Sequence record: MH595538.1
Length of the DNA stretch: 64,000 nt
Reading direction: 5' to 3' (one strand)
A program made the translations under genes and the position numbers. The notes below the pieces were generated by a model. The model was not told the origin of the DNA. It did no database searches and worked only from the letters and a program-made list of their open reading frames with translations. Below are positions 35,895-45,712 of this stretch, piece after piece (position 1 is the first letter of the stretch; each line of letters starts with the position of its first letter).

Positions 35895-37190
35895 ATGAAT
35901 TTTGAATATATTCATCGCTGGATGAACGAAGACGATTTTGTCTTCGAAGCGATTGACTTTCAGCCTGATACTAAATTCGGTCAGGCACTGGAAGATGAAA
36001 TCAATGCGATAAGAAATGGCCGTATCGGCGTTAAAGAAATAGAACGTAGTCGCATCGGTGATTTGATCGGTCAGTTCACCGGAATGAAGGCCAAAGTAAT
36101 ATCAACAACAGGGCCTCATCTGAGCATGGACTTTGGAAACATGATCCAAAAGAATCATCCTTTCGTGACATGGGAACGTGAGTTCGTTGATAACGATGGC
36201 ACCTTGGCAACCATCAAGAAGATGGGCGGTGTAAACATCCATGTTGATATGAAACGCGGTTATGTTCATGGTCTTCCTGATGAAATTATTCATAAATATA
36301 CTATCGGCGCTGCCTTACTTAAAAACAGGGCTTTGAAAACACGTCAGATCGTGGCCGGTATTCTTCATGAAGTAGGTCACTGGCTGGGAGCTTATGTCTG
36401 GATGGGTAGAACTCTGGCGACAAACTATCTTTTAACGGACTTTACGCTTCGTGTTCTCGAGGTGAACGATGAAGATAAAAAGTACCGTATTATCAATGAA
36501 GCCAAAAAGAAGGTAGGTCGCTCTAATGACATTTTCCAGCATGCTGCAGACCTGAATTCTTTTGACCAAGCGCAAACTATCATTATCGGCAGTGAGATAA
36601 AAGAGTCTCGTCGTGAATTGGGTCTAGACATCTATAGCGTTCGTGGATGGGAGCAGATTGCTGACCAGTACGCTTCTCGCTGGGGTTATGGAAAAGAAGT
36701 CATTGATCTACTGGATAACATGTATGCTAGTGAAGGAATGACTCCATCTTTTATTCGTTACGAACGGGTCGCTTCTGAAATATGGGCAATTCTGTTCTCG
36801 GCCTCATTGCTGACCACAGGGGTCGCCACGGGAGGTATTCTTAGTATCTTATCAGGCAGCCTGATTTTTGCAGGTATGATATGTCCAACCCACCAGGAAG
36901 AAGAGTACGATGATGTTAAGAAGCGCTTCCAAGTAATCCGAAAGGATATGGTCGGTCGTCTTAAGGAAACTGACGATAAGGAAGGTCAGCGCATTATCCT
37001 TAAAAAGTTAGATGCAATGCAAGAAACCGTTGATAAGTACTCAGACGAATTATCTCTGTTTAAGTTCATGCAGAAGCATTTTGGCTTTATCAATGGTCGT
37101 CGTATTCACCGCAATATTACTACCCAGAAGCTTTTAGAAGAATTGGCAAACAGCGAGCTTAATGTTCTTGCCGCACGATTAGAGGTTTAA
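35895..37190 (+). CDS. Probable virion protein with Zn-metallopeptidase motif and hydrophobic helices
   Basis: ILHEVGH, downstream WEQIADQYA (M48-like), hydrophobic stretch IWAILFSASLL...LIFAGMIC; start placed at ATG 35895 after GAGG. Confidence 0.7.
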   Translation: MNFEYIHRWMNEDDFVFEAIDFQPDTKFGQALEDEINAIRNGRIGVKEIERSRIGDLIGQFTGMKAKVISTTGPHLSMDFGNMIQKNHPFVTWEREFVDNDGTLATIKKMGGVNIHVDMKRGYVHGLPDEIIHKYTIGAALLKNRALKTRQIVAGILHEVGHWLGAYVWMGRTLATNYLLTDFTLRVLEVNDEDKKYRIINEAKKKVGRSNDIFQHAADLNSFDQAQTIIIGSEIKESRRELGLDIYSVRGWEQIADQYASRWGYGKEVIDLLDNMYASEGMTPSFIRYERVASEIWAILFSASLLTTGVATGGILSILSGSLIFAGMICPTHQEEEYDDVKKRFQVIRKDMVGRLKETDDKEGQRIILKKLDAMQETVDKYSDELSLFKFMQKHFGFINGRRIHRNITTQKLLEELANSELNVLAARLEV

Positions 37191-37191
37191 A

Positions 37192-39108
37192 ATGAATATC
37201 GATAAACTATTAGAAATGCAAACTAAGACTGCCGCGCTGTCTGTGCCTTTTGCATCGCCTATGACTACATATGTGGCCCTCCTGATGCAAAAGAACAAGG
37301 TGTGTGTATCAGGATGGGGACCCCAGCTTTTAAATCACTGGGATCAAACATTCCATAAAAAGGCAAAAGAAGAAGTCAAGGAATATTCAAAGTGGCTAGC
37401 AATTAGTGAGCCACTTGCTGTTGAAATGGCAAGACAGATTTATATCTTACGCTGCCAAACTGTGACTGATCCTGGTAATGTAGTATTCAATGTACTAGAG
37501 CCCTCTAAGTACTTCAAGATGACAGAAACTACTTTGCCTGAAATGACAGCAATGAATGTCTTCTTCCATACCTTGGATAGTCTGGTTGGATTCCGTACCC
37601 AGATGGCATCAGCAGTAAGTCCAGGAGTAGGTACGGCCGCAGTTCCATTGAATAAGCTTTATAATGAGATGATCGAAACGGCTTACGAAAGATACATCGA
37701 GCAAGAAGGCCCGGGTCTCAATAATGGTCTTTATGACGCAGTAATGGAACTCATTGAAAACATCGTTCGTGATTCAGTTGAAACAATAGCAGGTCATGCA
37801 CGAGTGGATGATATTATCCAAAAAGAATCGGTAACGGCAGCACGTACTGTACGCACTATCCTTACGGGCCTGTATCAGGATCGTCATGTTGCTGAAACCC
37901 TAACTGCGCATTTCTTTAAAGAGGATTACTTTGAGTTCTTCAAGCCTTCTTGTGATGACGAAGAGCGCGCTCCAGAAACAGCGACTGAAGAAGATTCCCT
38001 AGAAAACTTTGGCGAGAATGGATCAGACCCTCAGTTTAACTTAGAGACGACTAACCTTGTCACTATGCTTAAAGATGAAGGCTTCACTACGCTTTCCCCT
38101 GAGATGCTGAGTTACCTGAAATCTCGTCATGAAGAGTTGTTCGATGACTACCAGATCGCTACTGATAAAGAAATCACAGTTGAAGGATTCTTTGCTACAG
38201 TGGGAAAGGGAATCAGGACGGCAGTAAAGAAACTCCTTCGTCTAATGGCTGATATTGTCAATCGTGCACTAAAGCTCATTGGCAAGCCATTCGGTGTCGT
38301 TCCTGTACTTAAGATAAATGACGATAAGGATATGTTAGAAGAGTGGCGTAAGAAGTTCAACAGCGCTCTGCATGATAAACTAGAAGAAGTGCCTCGCTGG
38401 GTAACTGATCTAGAGTTTAATTATCTCCCTATTCTTTCTTGTAAAGAAATGATCTTGGATATCGAAGCAAACATGATCTCTGTTCATGGTCCAGCTAAGC
38501 AAGCATTAGAGGCGATGAATCAGGTTGAACTAAGTCAGATCAACCGTGGTTATAGTGACATGTTAACTGCATCATACAAGAAGCTTATTTCTATTCCTGG
38601 TCAGGCTCGTTACTTTGACGACATCAATTACGATATAGAAGTACATGAGTTTAAACCAGGCGTATTAGATAATAAACATCTCGGCGATGATGCAGTACTG
38701 ATTGTTAAATCGATCAAAGATCGCATTCAAGAAATGCGTAAAGCGAAAGTGAAAGAACGCTTTAGTAGCGATGAAGCATTACGTCGCTGTTATGGCATTC
38801 CGTTGCCTGAGAAGTATGATGAGGCCGTAGAGCGCATCGAGAAAGAACTTAAGTACTTGACCGATACTACTCGTCGCATTGAAGATAAGATCATTCCGTT
38901 AGAGTCTGGCAAAGGTTCTTCTGAGACAGATCCTATTAAACGTGAGTTATCAAAACAGACTAAGGCTTATAACGCTAACCTTAACTTCTATTTGCTTATG
39001 ATGGCTAATGCTATTCGTATTGCAAGTGGCTATGCAGCAATCTTTAGATTGTATGCTTATGATGCAAACAACATGGGTGTTTCAGCAAGAGCAATCTTAG
39101 ACAATTAA
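37192..39108 (+). CDS. Internal head protein
   Basis: 638 aa; DSLE/NF and TVE/GF putative processing sites followed by an amphipathic helix. Confidence 0.65.
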   Translation: MNIDKLLEMQTKTAALSVPFASPMTTYVALLMQKNKVCVSGWGPQLLNHWDQTFHKKAKEEVKEYSKWLAISEPLAVEMARQIYILRCQTVTDPGNVVFNVLEPSKYFKMTETTLPEMTAMNVFFHTLDSLVGFRTQMASAVSPGVGTAAVPLNKLYNEMIETAYERYIEQEGPGLNNGLYDAVMELIENIVRDSVETIAGHARVDDIIQKESVTAARTVRTILTGLYQDRHVAETLTAHFFKEDYFEFFKPSCDDEERAPETATEEDSLENFGENGSDPQFNLETTNLVTMLKDEGFTTLSPEMLSYLKSRHEELFDDYQIATDKEITVEGFFATVGKGIRTAVKKLLRLMADIVNRALKLIGKPFGVVPVLKINDDKDMLEEWRKKFNSALHDKLEEVPRWVTDLEFNYLPILSCKEMILDIEANMISVHGPAKQALEAMNQVELSQINRGYSDMLTASYKKLISIPGQARYFDDINYDIEVHEFKPGVLDNKHLGDDAVLIVKSIKDRIQEMRKAKVKERFSSDEALRRCYGIPLPEKYDEAVERIEKELKYLTDTTRRIEDKIIPLESGKGSSETDPIKRELSKQTKAYNANLNFYLLMMANAIRIASGYAAIFRLYAYDANNMGVSARAILDN

Positions 39109-39114
39109 ATAGCT

Positions 39115-39143
39115 TATACTCTGCCCCATCGGGGCAGAGTATA
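39115..39143. terminator. Bidirectional terminator
   Basis: TATACTCTGCCCC-ATC-GGGGCAGAGTATA between convergent genes. Confidence 0.8.
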
Positions 39144-39146
39144 GTT

Positions 39147-42005
39147 TTAGTTTATCCAGGTGATGTCAATGTCATCTTGAATATCCAACTGTCCAGTAGA
39201 CAGAGGAACAGCCACAGATGCGATAGACCACTTAGAATTATCTTCTGTCAGTGTAGCAATGTTATTAGTTCCAAATGGAGACTCAACCTTAATGCTTCGG
39301 ATATCTTGAGTCGATAGATCTTCAAGTTCATCATAAACTTGTGATACACTAATCTCTCGATTCTCCGATAGCTTGGCTAGAACTGCACGGATAGAAGTCT
39401 TGATGTTTTCACGAATACCGTCGTTATTGAAAGAACCCTCATAGAGCTGTACAGTAATAGCCCATTTAAGCGCAGCATTGATAATACGTTCTCTTCCTTG
39501 CTCTACAATAACCCGAGAAGCGATTCTTGTCGCAATTGGTTCATAGAACAATTCCGTTTCTTCCAATAGGCGATTATTGTATTCCACAATTTCATTTCCG
39601 TTAGTATCAATAATGAAATCAGGAATAGTATCGCGATAAGCAACGATCTCATCAGTGTCACTATAAAGAAGTGCCGCATCTAGCAATAGGAAACGAATTT
39701 CTCGTTTAATGCTTTCTGGTTCGATTTCTTTAGGCAACTGACTGATCGGGTCTAATACGACGTCACCGGCACGATGATAGTACTTAGGAGTAACACCATC
39801 GTCTTCATACATAATATCGCCGGCGTTATACAAGATAACAGGTTCTAGATCTCCATCATCATTAGGTGCGAGCACATAACCGCTATCGTCAGTTTGGAAA
39901 ATATCCTTTTCATAAGTGACAATACTGTCCGTTGCATAGCGTTCGTAGACAGGAGGCTCAGAAAGAGGCCTAGTCTTAACGTAGAGCTTATCTAAGTACT
40001 TACCCCATGTCATCGTAAGCTGCTCGTATGAAATCGCCGTCACGGTCTCCGTGAGAGCCTTACGGGCCAGTTTACTATCGAAGCTACTGGTTTCGTTTCC
40101 GTCGATAACATAAACAACATCGATTACTGTACTATCCAGGCTGATTCGTGGTCTAACCTCAGCATCGTCTCCGGTAAAGCCTTCAATGGTAAAGAACCCA
40201 TCAGAGTCGATATCTAGCCAGGATTGAATATTAAAAGTAAACGTATAGGTGCGTGCATCTACAGTACTGCCTTGAGCAACCATATCCCATCGATCGCCAG
40301 TAACCGCATCAGTCAGGTTAAGTACGGCTTTAATGTCGCCGCCATTCCCTGGTGCTTCACTAGTAAGGACTAGTTTATACGTATCCGTGTCAATATCAAA
40401 GGATGCTTCGACACTGCTCGTACTTACAAGGAAACCTAAAGAAGGGTTGTTAGCAACAAAGCTTCGAGCATATTCTCTTGGAGATTGCAGCCAGTAGGCT
40501 CTGACGTCGAAGATAGGTTCAGAGCTATCCATCACATAATGGAACGGCGTATAATAAAGCTCTTGAGAGTTCAATGCTTCTGCTCTTTCACTAACCGTAT
40601 AGTTCTCGATGGTTGACTTCGTCCCGTCATCAACAATGGAATAAACGCCGCCAGATGACTGGAACAACGCCTTGGGTCTAATGACTGTAAAGTTCTCTAG
40701 CTTCTTAAGCACGCTAGTCAGATCGGTCCTAGCGTCGTCGATGATAACATCGCCATTGGTCATTCCGATAGGAGACGTCAAGTCTGACTTTCTTGTCGGT
40801 GCCGGTAGTGAAGATGAAGCAACGAAGGTACGCTGAGTAATAGTATCCTTTTGCTTAGAAACACGGAAGCCATCAGCATCGAGCTCTGCTCTTAGTTCAT
40901 CGTCAGTAAATGGAGCTGGCTTGTCGAGCGTATTGTAAACAACAATGTTCTTAAGCTCTTCAAAGGTACGTTCTCCTTTGCCGCCCTTAAAGGTATCGCG
41001 TCCAAAGATGACATAGTCATTAATCTTACCTAGGTTACTAGACCAAGTCTGAGTCAGATCATTGAAGTCATTAAAGCGAGCTCGCCAAACACTGGAATCG
41101 AAAGTTGACAGTGCTAGCTCGGTATAGCCCTTGGTTGTCATTGTAATGACTTTAATCGTTCCAGATACCAGTCCATTAGTGAGATAGATCTCAGGAATAC
41201 GAACATCTAGGACGCCTGATCTTACCGTCAATACTGCTGTCGGAACGGCAGGGTCAAAGGTTTGATCGGTATGTGTTGTTTTCAATTCTGTCCATGTCGC
41301 TCCATTGGTCGAGGAGAAAACGCGAGCATAGTAGAACTGATCAACATAGTTAACACTAATTAAGCCGCCTGTAGCAACCGATACTGGACTCGTATCTTCC
41401 TTAGGCAGTAACTGGTCACATTCAATGGCAACAAAGAAATAAGGTACTGAGTTTAATGTAGCAGTGTAGTACTCAATAACGTTAGATGTTTTGGTCTTAA
41501 CCGGAGTGCTGAAGTCCAAGTTGTAACGAGCAGTAACACGTTGGTCAGATGAAACAATCAAGTCAACAGGCCAATGCTGGAACATGGTCGTGTTATCAAC
41601 CACATATGTAGTATCAGCAGGAATGGTTAACTTCTGTAAGCCGATGGCTGGGTCTAGTACTGCTTGTTCAATGATAGCAGAAACGGGAGCGGCAAACCAA
41701 ACAACGACGTTGCTGTTAGGCGTTGAGAAACGGCCTAAGAAGTCATCATCAGACATATGTAGATAGAGGTCTTCAAATGTCTCAGCTAGCTTGGGATACT
41801 GTTTACGTAACAAAACATTGCTTTGGTTATGAGAAGCCGCTGCATGAGTTGCACTGCATTCCAGCAGTTTAATCCATGGAGAGTTAGCATTGGTGATGTC
41901 ATATTCTCCGCCATAGATCTCGTCGACGAGTTGCATCGTAGGGTCAATGACTGAAGCAGGGGATAATAAAAGATGTCCGGATAGGCTTTCTAATAGGTCT
42001 GACAT
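39147..42005 (-). CDS. Large baseplate wedge-like virion protein (gp87-like)
   Basis: 952 aa, beta-rich; AETFEDLYLHMSD motif and D..G repeats near the C-terminus; synteny. Confidence 0.7.
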   Translation of the reverse strand: MSDLLESLSGHLLLSPASVIDPTMQLVDEIYGGEYDITNANSPWIKLLECSATHAAASHNQSNVLLRKQYPKLAETFEDLYLHMSDDDFLGRFSTPNSNVVVWFAAPVSAIIEQAVLDPAIGLQKLTIPADTTYVVDNTTMFQHWPVDLIVSSDQRVTARYNLDFSTPVKTKTSNVIEYYTATLNSVPYFFVAIECDQLLPKEDTSPVSVATGGLISVNYVDQFYYARVFSSTNGATWTELKTTHTDQTFDPAVPTAVLTVRSGVLDVRIPEIYLTNGLVSGTIKVITMTTKGYTELALSTFDSSVWRARFNDFNDLTQTWSSNLGKINDYVIFGRDTFKGGKGERTFEELKNIVVYNTLDKPAPFTDDELRAELDADGFRVSKQKDTITQRTFVASSSLPAPTRKSDLTSPIGMTNGDVIIDDARTDLTSVLKKLENFTVIRPKALFQSSGGVYSIVDDGTKSTIENYTVSERAEALNSQELYYTPFHYVMDSSEPIFDVRAYWLQSPREYARSFVANNPSLGFLVSTSSVEASFDIDTDTYKLVLTSEAPGNGGDIKAVLNLTDAVTGDRWDMVAQGSTVDARTYTFTFNIQSWLDIDSDGFFTIEGFTGDDAEVRPRISLDSTVIDVVYVIDGNETSSFDSKLARKALTETVTAISYEQLTMTWGKYLDKLYVKTRPLSEPPVYERYATDSIVTYEKDIFQTDDSGYVLAPNDDGDLEPVILYNAGDIMYEDDGVTPKYYHRAGDVVLDPISQLPKEIEPESIKREIRFLLLDAALLYSDTDEIVAYRDTIPDFIIDTNGNEIVEYNNRLLEETELFYEPIATRIASRVIVEQGRERIINAALKWAITVQLYEGSFNNDGIRENIKTSIRAVLAKLSENREISVSQVYDELEDLSTQDIRSIKVESPFGTNNIATLTEDNSKWSIASVAVPLSTGQLDIQDDIDITWIN

Positions 42006-42006
42006 C

Positions 42007-43122
42007 TTAACCTCCTATGGTTTGGATGTAAGCATCGAATACAGATCTTTCGATCCACCATTCGATCTCTGATGTACGTGGATTAATATAAGGATATCCT
42101 CGCCACTGGAACCATTCTTTGATATTGAATGGAATCTGAACCATCTCTCCTATTTTAAGAGTGGTCTGGTCAGTGACTTCTACTGGATAGTTCTCTATCG
42201 CTGGGTTTAATGAATCCCTGAAGACGACATTGCGCATTGATGGATTAAACCACCAAACAAGATCATTGAAGTTATCGATGATGATCGGGTCATTGTATCG
42301 AACACCAAAGCATTCGAAAGGAACGACATAACGACTATTCTCTTGACTAAAGATAGATTCAGCAGAGAAGTTAAATGAGGCGCCAGTAGGCAGTCCTCCT
42401 AAGGCACCGCCTCCGCCAAGACAAGCAATCTTACGTAAGTAACGTTTTGTCGGATCCGTCTTAAGCGTATAGATGTTCATCATGTAATCGATTTCAAATT
42501 CCGCTTCGGATTCAGGCCATGGATTGATTTGGCCTATTGCGGCATTAAGCATGTATTCTCTTAAAGCAGTGAATAAAGCAAAATGAGGATCTCCATCTTT
42601 AGCGATGAAGGTGGCCGTAAGAGGAAATGAAGAATAGTTATTAGGGTAGGAATCTGCCCAGCCATAAACTTGCTTAGCAACACCTTCAGCGGATTTAAAC
42701 CATTCGACTACTTCATCAGGCCATCCGGATAAAGATTCCAAAGTGGTGGACAGCATTGGAATAAATGGGTAACGGTCATTCACAGCAGGTGAACGAGTTT
42801 CAGGATAGGATGCCCCTCCATGGCGACCTAAATGAAATCCCATTCTTTTGGGCATTAAACTGTTGCGAACAGCACTGGCCATTGAGTTTGGGTTAGTATC
42901 CAGCAAATAATGTAGTTTACGGACACTAAGAATATTTGCTGCTGTTAAGTTACAATTTGGTTTTGTAAAGAACGTATAACCTTGATGATCTCTAAGTCCA
43001 TCAATAACGTCTCCGGTACCATTATGATTGGGACCATGCCATAAATTGAACAGCGATGAGTCAGGCGTCCCTATCCCGAAACTTCGACTGATGTCTTTTA
43101 TATTTGGATCATAGATTGACAT
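42007..43122 (-). CDS. Tail/baseplate tube-like virion protein (gp88-like)
   Basis: 371 aa; GYTFFTKPNCNL, LSGWPD and YNDPII motifs; synteny. Confidence 0.65.
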   Translation of the reverse strand: MSIYDPNIKDISRSFGIGTPDSSLFNLWHGPNHNGTGDVIDGLRDHQGYTFFTKPNCNLTAANILSVRKLHYLLDTNPNSMASAVRNSLMPKRMGFHLGRHGGASYPETRSPAVNDRYPFIPMLSTTLESLSGWPDEVVEWFKSAEGVAKQVYGWADSYPNNYSSFPLTATFIAKDGDPHFALFTALREYMLNAAIGQINPWPESEAEFEIDYMMNIYTLKTDPTKRYLRKIACLGGGGALGGLPTGASFNFSAESIFSQENSRYVVPFECFGVRYNDPIIIDNFNDLVWWFNPSMRNVVFRDSLNPAIENYPVEVTDQTTLKIGEMVQIPFNIKEWFQWRGYPYINPRTSEIEWWIERSVFDAYIQTIGG

Positions 43123-43165
43123 GAATCTTCCTTAAGTCTTAACCGGTTAAAAAGGACTTACAACA

Positions 43166-44242
43166 ATGAGTAAAAACGTACAATCGCCTACGCCTCTACA
43201 GGCCTATGCGCGTATTCTTAAAACGGCTACTGATAGTCGCGAGTCTTTGAGTGAATTTGCGGCTCAAGCGAGATTAACTCCAGTCGCCATGATTGACGAT
43301 GCGGTTGCTCGCTTGGACCGAGAATTTGTCCATTCGATTAACCAGATGCATTTATCAATGTATTCGGCCCTTTATCTGTCAGTGCTTGGTCTGCAGAATC
43401 AAAATAAATTCGGCATCACGGCCACTGACATCTTGGATCCCGTTTCTGATCGTCGTAAAGTGGATAGCTGGGATGTTATTGATCGTCTAGCCGGTGTTGC
43501 AACAGAGTCGGCAGATCGTCCATTCTTGCGTACCACTGGTTCGTTCATGGCAGACGTTGCTGCTAGTCGCGTTGCTCTAGAAGCGAAAGGCAATGATGTT
43601 GATAAGCCTTCTTCATTAGCAGTGGGTAAAGTACTGAACGTTCCTCTAGGTCAAGGCCTTCCAGATATGAGCGTTACAGTCATGCTTAACCCTCGTGTTC
43701 TAGACAGTGCATTCATGGGTAAAGTATTGGATGCTTACGTAGGTAAGCCTACCGACCTTATTAGCCGTTGGACACAGTGGCGCACCGGTGAAATCTCAAG
43801 CTTCCTTGACTATGCACTATGTCTGGATATGATCCGCCAGGACAAGCAGTTGCGTCTAGAAGACAAAGACGGATTCTATACCGCTGCACGCAATAGCCGC
43901 AGCTCTGGCCTATTGTCTACGCTGTGGTCTGGTAAGAAGTCAATGAACATTGCTTCAAACTTCGTTCTGCTGCATGAGAACACGGCACGTAACCTAGAAG
44001 GTAATATGCGTGGTAAGTTCAGTAACTTTAAGAAACGTGAAGACTTCTTTAAGTCTACTGGTAGTATGATCTGTACGGTAGTCAACCCAACCCATGAGCG
44101 TATCACTGTTTATACTCGCGGCATTCGCGAATTTGGCATTTATGATTTCGATGAAATCAAAGCGGCGGCAACCAACCCTGGCCATGCTGATGTGAATGCA
44201 ATCATGAAAGCTTACAAAGAAGGTGCGGCATTTAGCCTGTAG
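43166..44242 (+). CDS. Inner-body head protein (gp89-like)
   Basis: 358 aa; ATE/ and ALE/ sites; LAVGKVLNV, WRTGEIS and GITVYTRG-like motifs; synteny. Confidence 0.7.
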   Translation: MSKNVQSPTPLQAYARILKTATDSRESLSEFAAQARLTPVAMIDDAVARLDREFVHSINQMHLSMYSALYLSVLGLQNQNKFGITATDILDPVSDRRKVDSWDVIDRLAGVATESADRPFLRTTGSFMADVAASRVALEAKGNDVDKPSSLAVGKVLNVPLGQGLPDMSVTVMLNPRVLDSAFMGKVLDAYVGKPTDLISRWTQWRTGEISSFLDYALCLDMIRQDKQLRLEDKDGFYTAARNSRSSGLLSTLWSGKKSMNIASNFVLLHENTARNLEGNMRGKFSNFKKREDFFKSTGSMICTVVNPTHERITVYTRGIREFGIYDFDEIKAAATNPGHADVNAIMKAYKEGAAFSL

Positions 44243-44256
44243 GAGTAAAATTAAAA

Positions 44257-45141
44257 ATGAGTATTTTAGGATTCTTTTCTGGTCTTGCAGCACCGTCTAT
44301 TGAACGCAATCGTTTAGTCCATGTCTTTGAAGAGACTATGCGTAAAATGGAAAAGCTTACGCTTAAAACCCTGCAGATTAATGATGCTCCTTATAAGGAC
44401 ATTAAACTGCATGCCACTCTCGACAGTAACCTACGCAGACCATATGGTCCGAATGGCTATCGCGGTGACCCGCATCGCTTTATGCGCGATACGCTTACTC
44501 AGTTACTGTCACAGCAGCGTGATATTGTTCGTCTTATTGAAAACACGTTCAATAAGAATATCGATATCGATCAGATCTCTTATGAGAAAGCGCATCTTAT
44601 CCAGTATGTCTCAGCGGCGATCTTCGTTAACGAATACATTCTGCGCTACACTTATGCAGTGACAGGGATGGCGGTTAAAGATCTGTATCGTAAACAAGGC
44701 ACGATCAATGACTACGCGGCTTTCTGTGGCGATTTAGACAATCTAAAGACATTCTCAATCTGCCTAGGTGCAATGTCTTACAAAGCGAAAGATCTATCGC
44801 AGGCACTTAAGCCACTGCGCGATATTTCATTCGACCCAGAAACACACCAGTCACTAGCAGTAATTCGCAATAAAGAGATTGATCCTTTGTCAATGAACCT
44901 GATTCCTATTGTGGGTCATGCTTCGTTATTGGTTGGCGAGCTATTGAATAGCTATGCTGAATGGAGCTATAAGCTGGCTGAATCTCAAATGGAAACTGCA
45001 GAGCTTAACATCATGTATCTTGAGCGTGATAAGGCCGGTGCTTCTCCTGAAGAACTAGCGGCGATTGAAGATCGCATTCTAAAGCATCGCGGTGTTGTCT
45101 CCAAAGCAGAAGCTCGAATGGAAGCACTTAAGGAGCAATAA
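44257..45141 (+). CDS. Inner-body head protein (gp90-like)
   Basis: 294 aa with a C-terminal coiled coil; follows the gp89-like gene. Confidence 0.65.
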   Translation: MSILGFFSGLAAPSIERNRLVHVFEETMRKMEKLTLKTLQINDAPYKDIKLHATLDSNLRRPYGPNGYRGDPHRFMRDTLTQLLSQQRDIVRLIENTFNKNIDIDQISYEKAHLIQYVSAAIFVNEYILRYTYAVTGMAVKDLYRKQGTINDYAAFCGDLDNLKTFSICLGAMSYKAKDLSQALKPLRDISFDPETHQSLAVIRNKEIDPLSMNLIPIVGHASLLVGELLNSYAEWSYKLAESQMETAELNIMYLERDKAGASPEELAAIEDRILKHRGVVSKAEARMEALKEQ

Positions 45142-45143
45142 TT

Positions 45144-45647
45144 ATGTTGAATGTCTCCGAAATGGATGCTCTGCGTATTAAAGACTTGTATATGCGAGTC
45201 GAAGCCGTAGAGCCTTCTGGTTTAAAAGTCAAAGACTTTCTGGACTTTGTCTCGCTTAGAAAACTAATCTTTAATGTCAGTTTTGATCGCCGTTCTGAGT
45301 TTGAAATTATTAAACTACTCGCTTGTAAAATGGCAAAACAGCCTGTCCCATATCGACCTAGGCTGTTAGTGGAATTCGACTATGATAAGCTTAATCCATT
45401 AGAGAAACGCGATCTGCAAAATTCTCTGCGGGACTGCTTTGACGATCTCAGTGGAAATTATGACATCAGCTTTAATTCCCTTGGAAATAAAATTGATGAC
45501 CTAATGCCTGCTAATTCCCAAGAAGACATCAGCTTTGGAATCGAAGCACTATACTGCCTATTGTCAGTAAGCGAAGGTACCAACCGCATGAAAGTCTTCA
45601 AAGGTCCTAACCAATCAGGTGAGATCGACGAAGACAACGTCGAGTAA
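45144..45647 (+). CDS. Hypothetical protein
   Basis: 167-aa ORF packed in the structural operon. Confidence 0.65.
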   Translation: MLNVSEMDALRIKDLYMRVEAVEPSGLKVKDFLDFVSLRKLIFNVSFDRRSEFEIIKLLACKMAKQPVPYRPRLLVEFDYDKLNPLEKRDLQNSLRDCFDDLSGNYDISFNSLGNKIDDLMPANSQEDISFGIEALYCLLSVSEGTNRMKVFKGPNQSGEIDEDNVE

Positions 45648-45712
45648 TCAAAAGTTCATTTAAAACATCCCCCTTAAGGATAACTTCTTTTGCAAAAGAA
45701 AAGGAAAATAAA

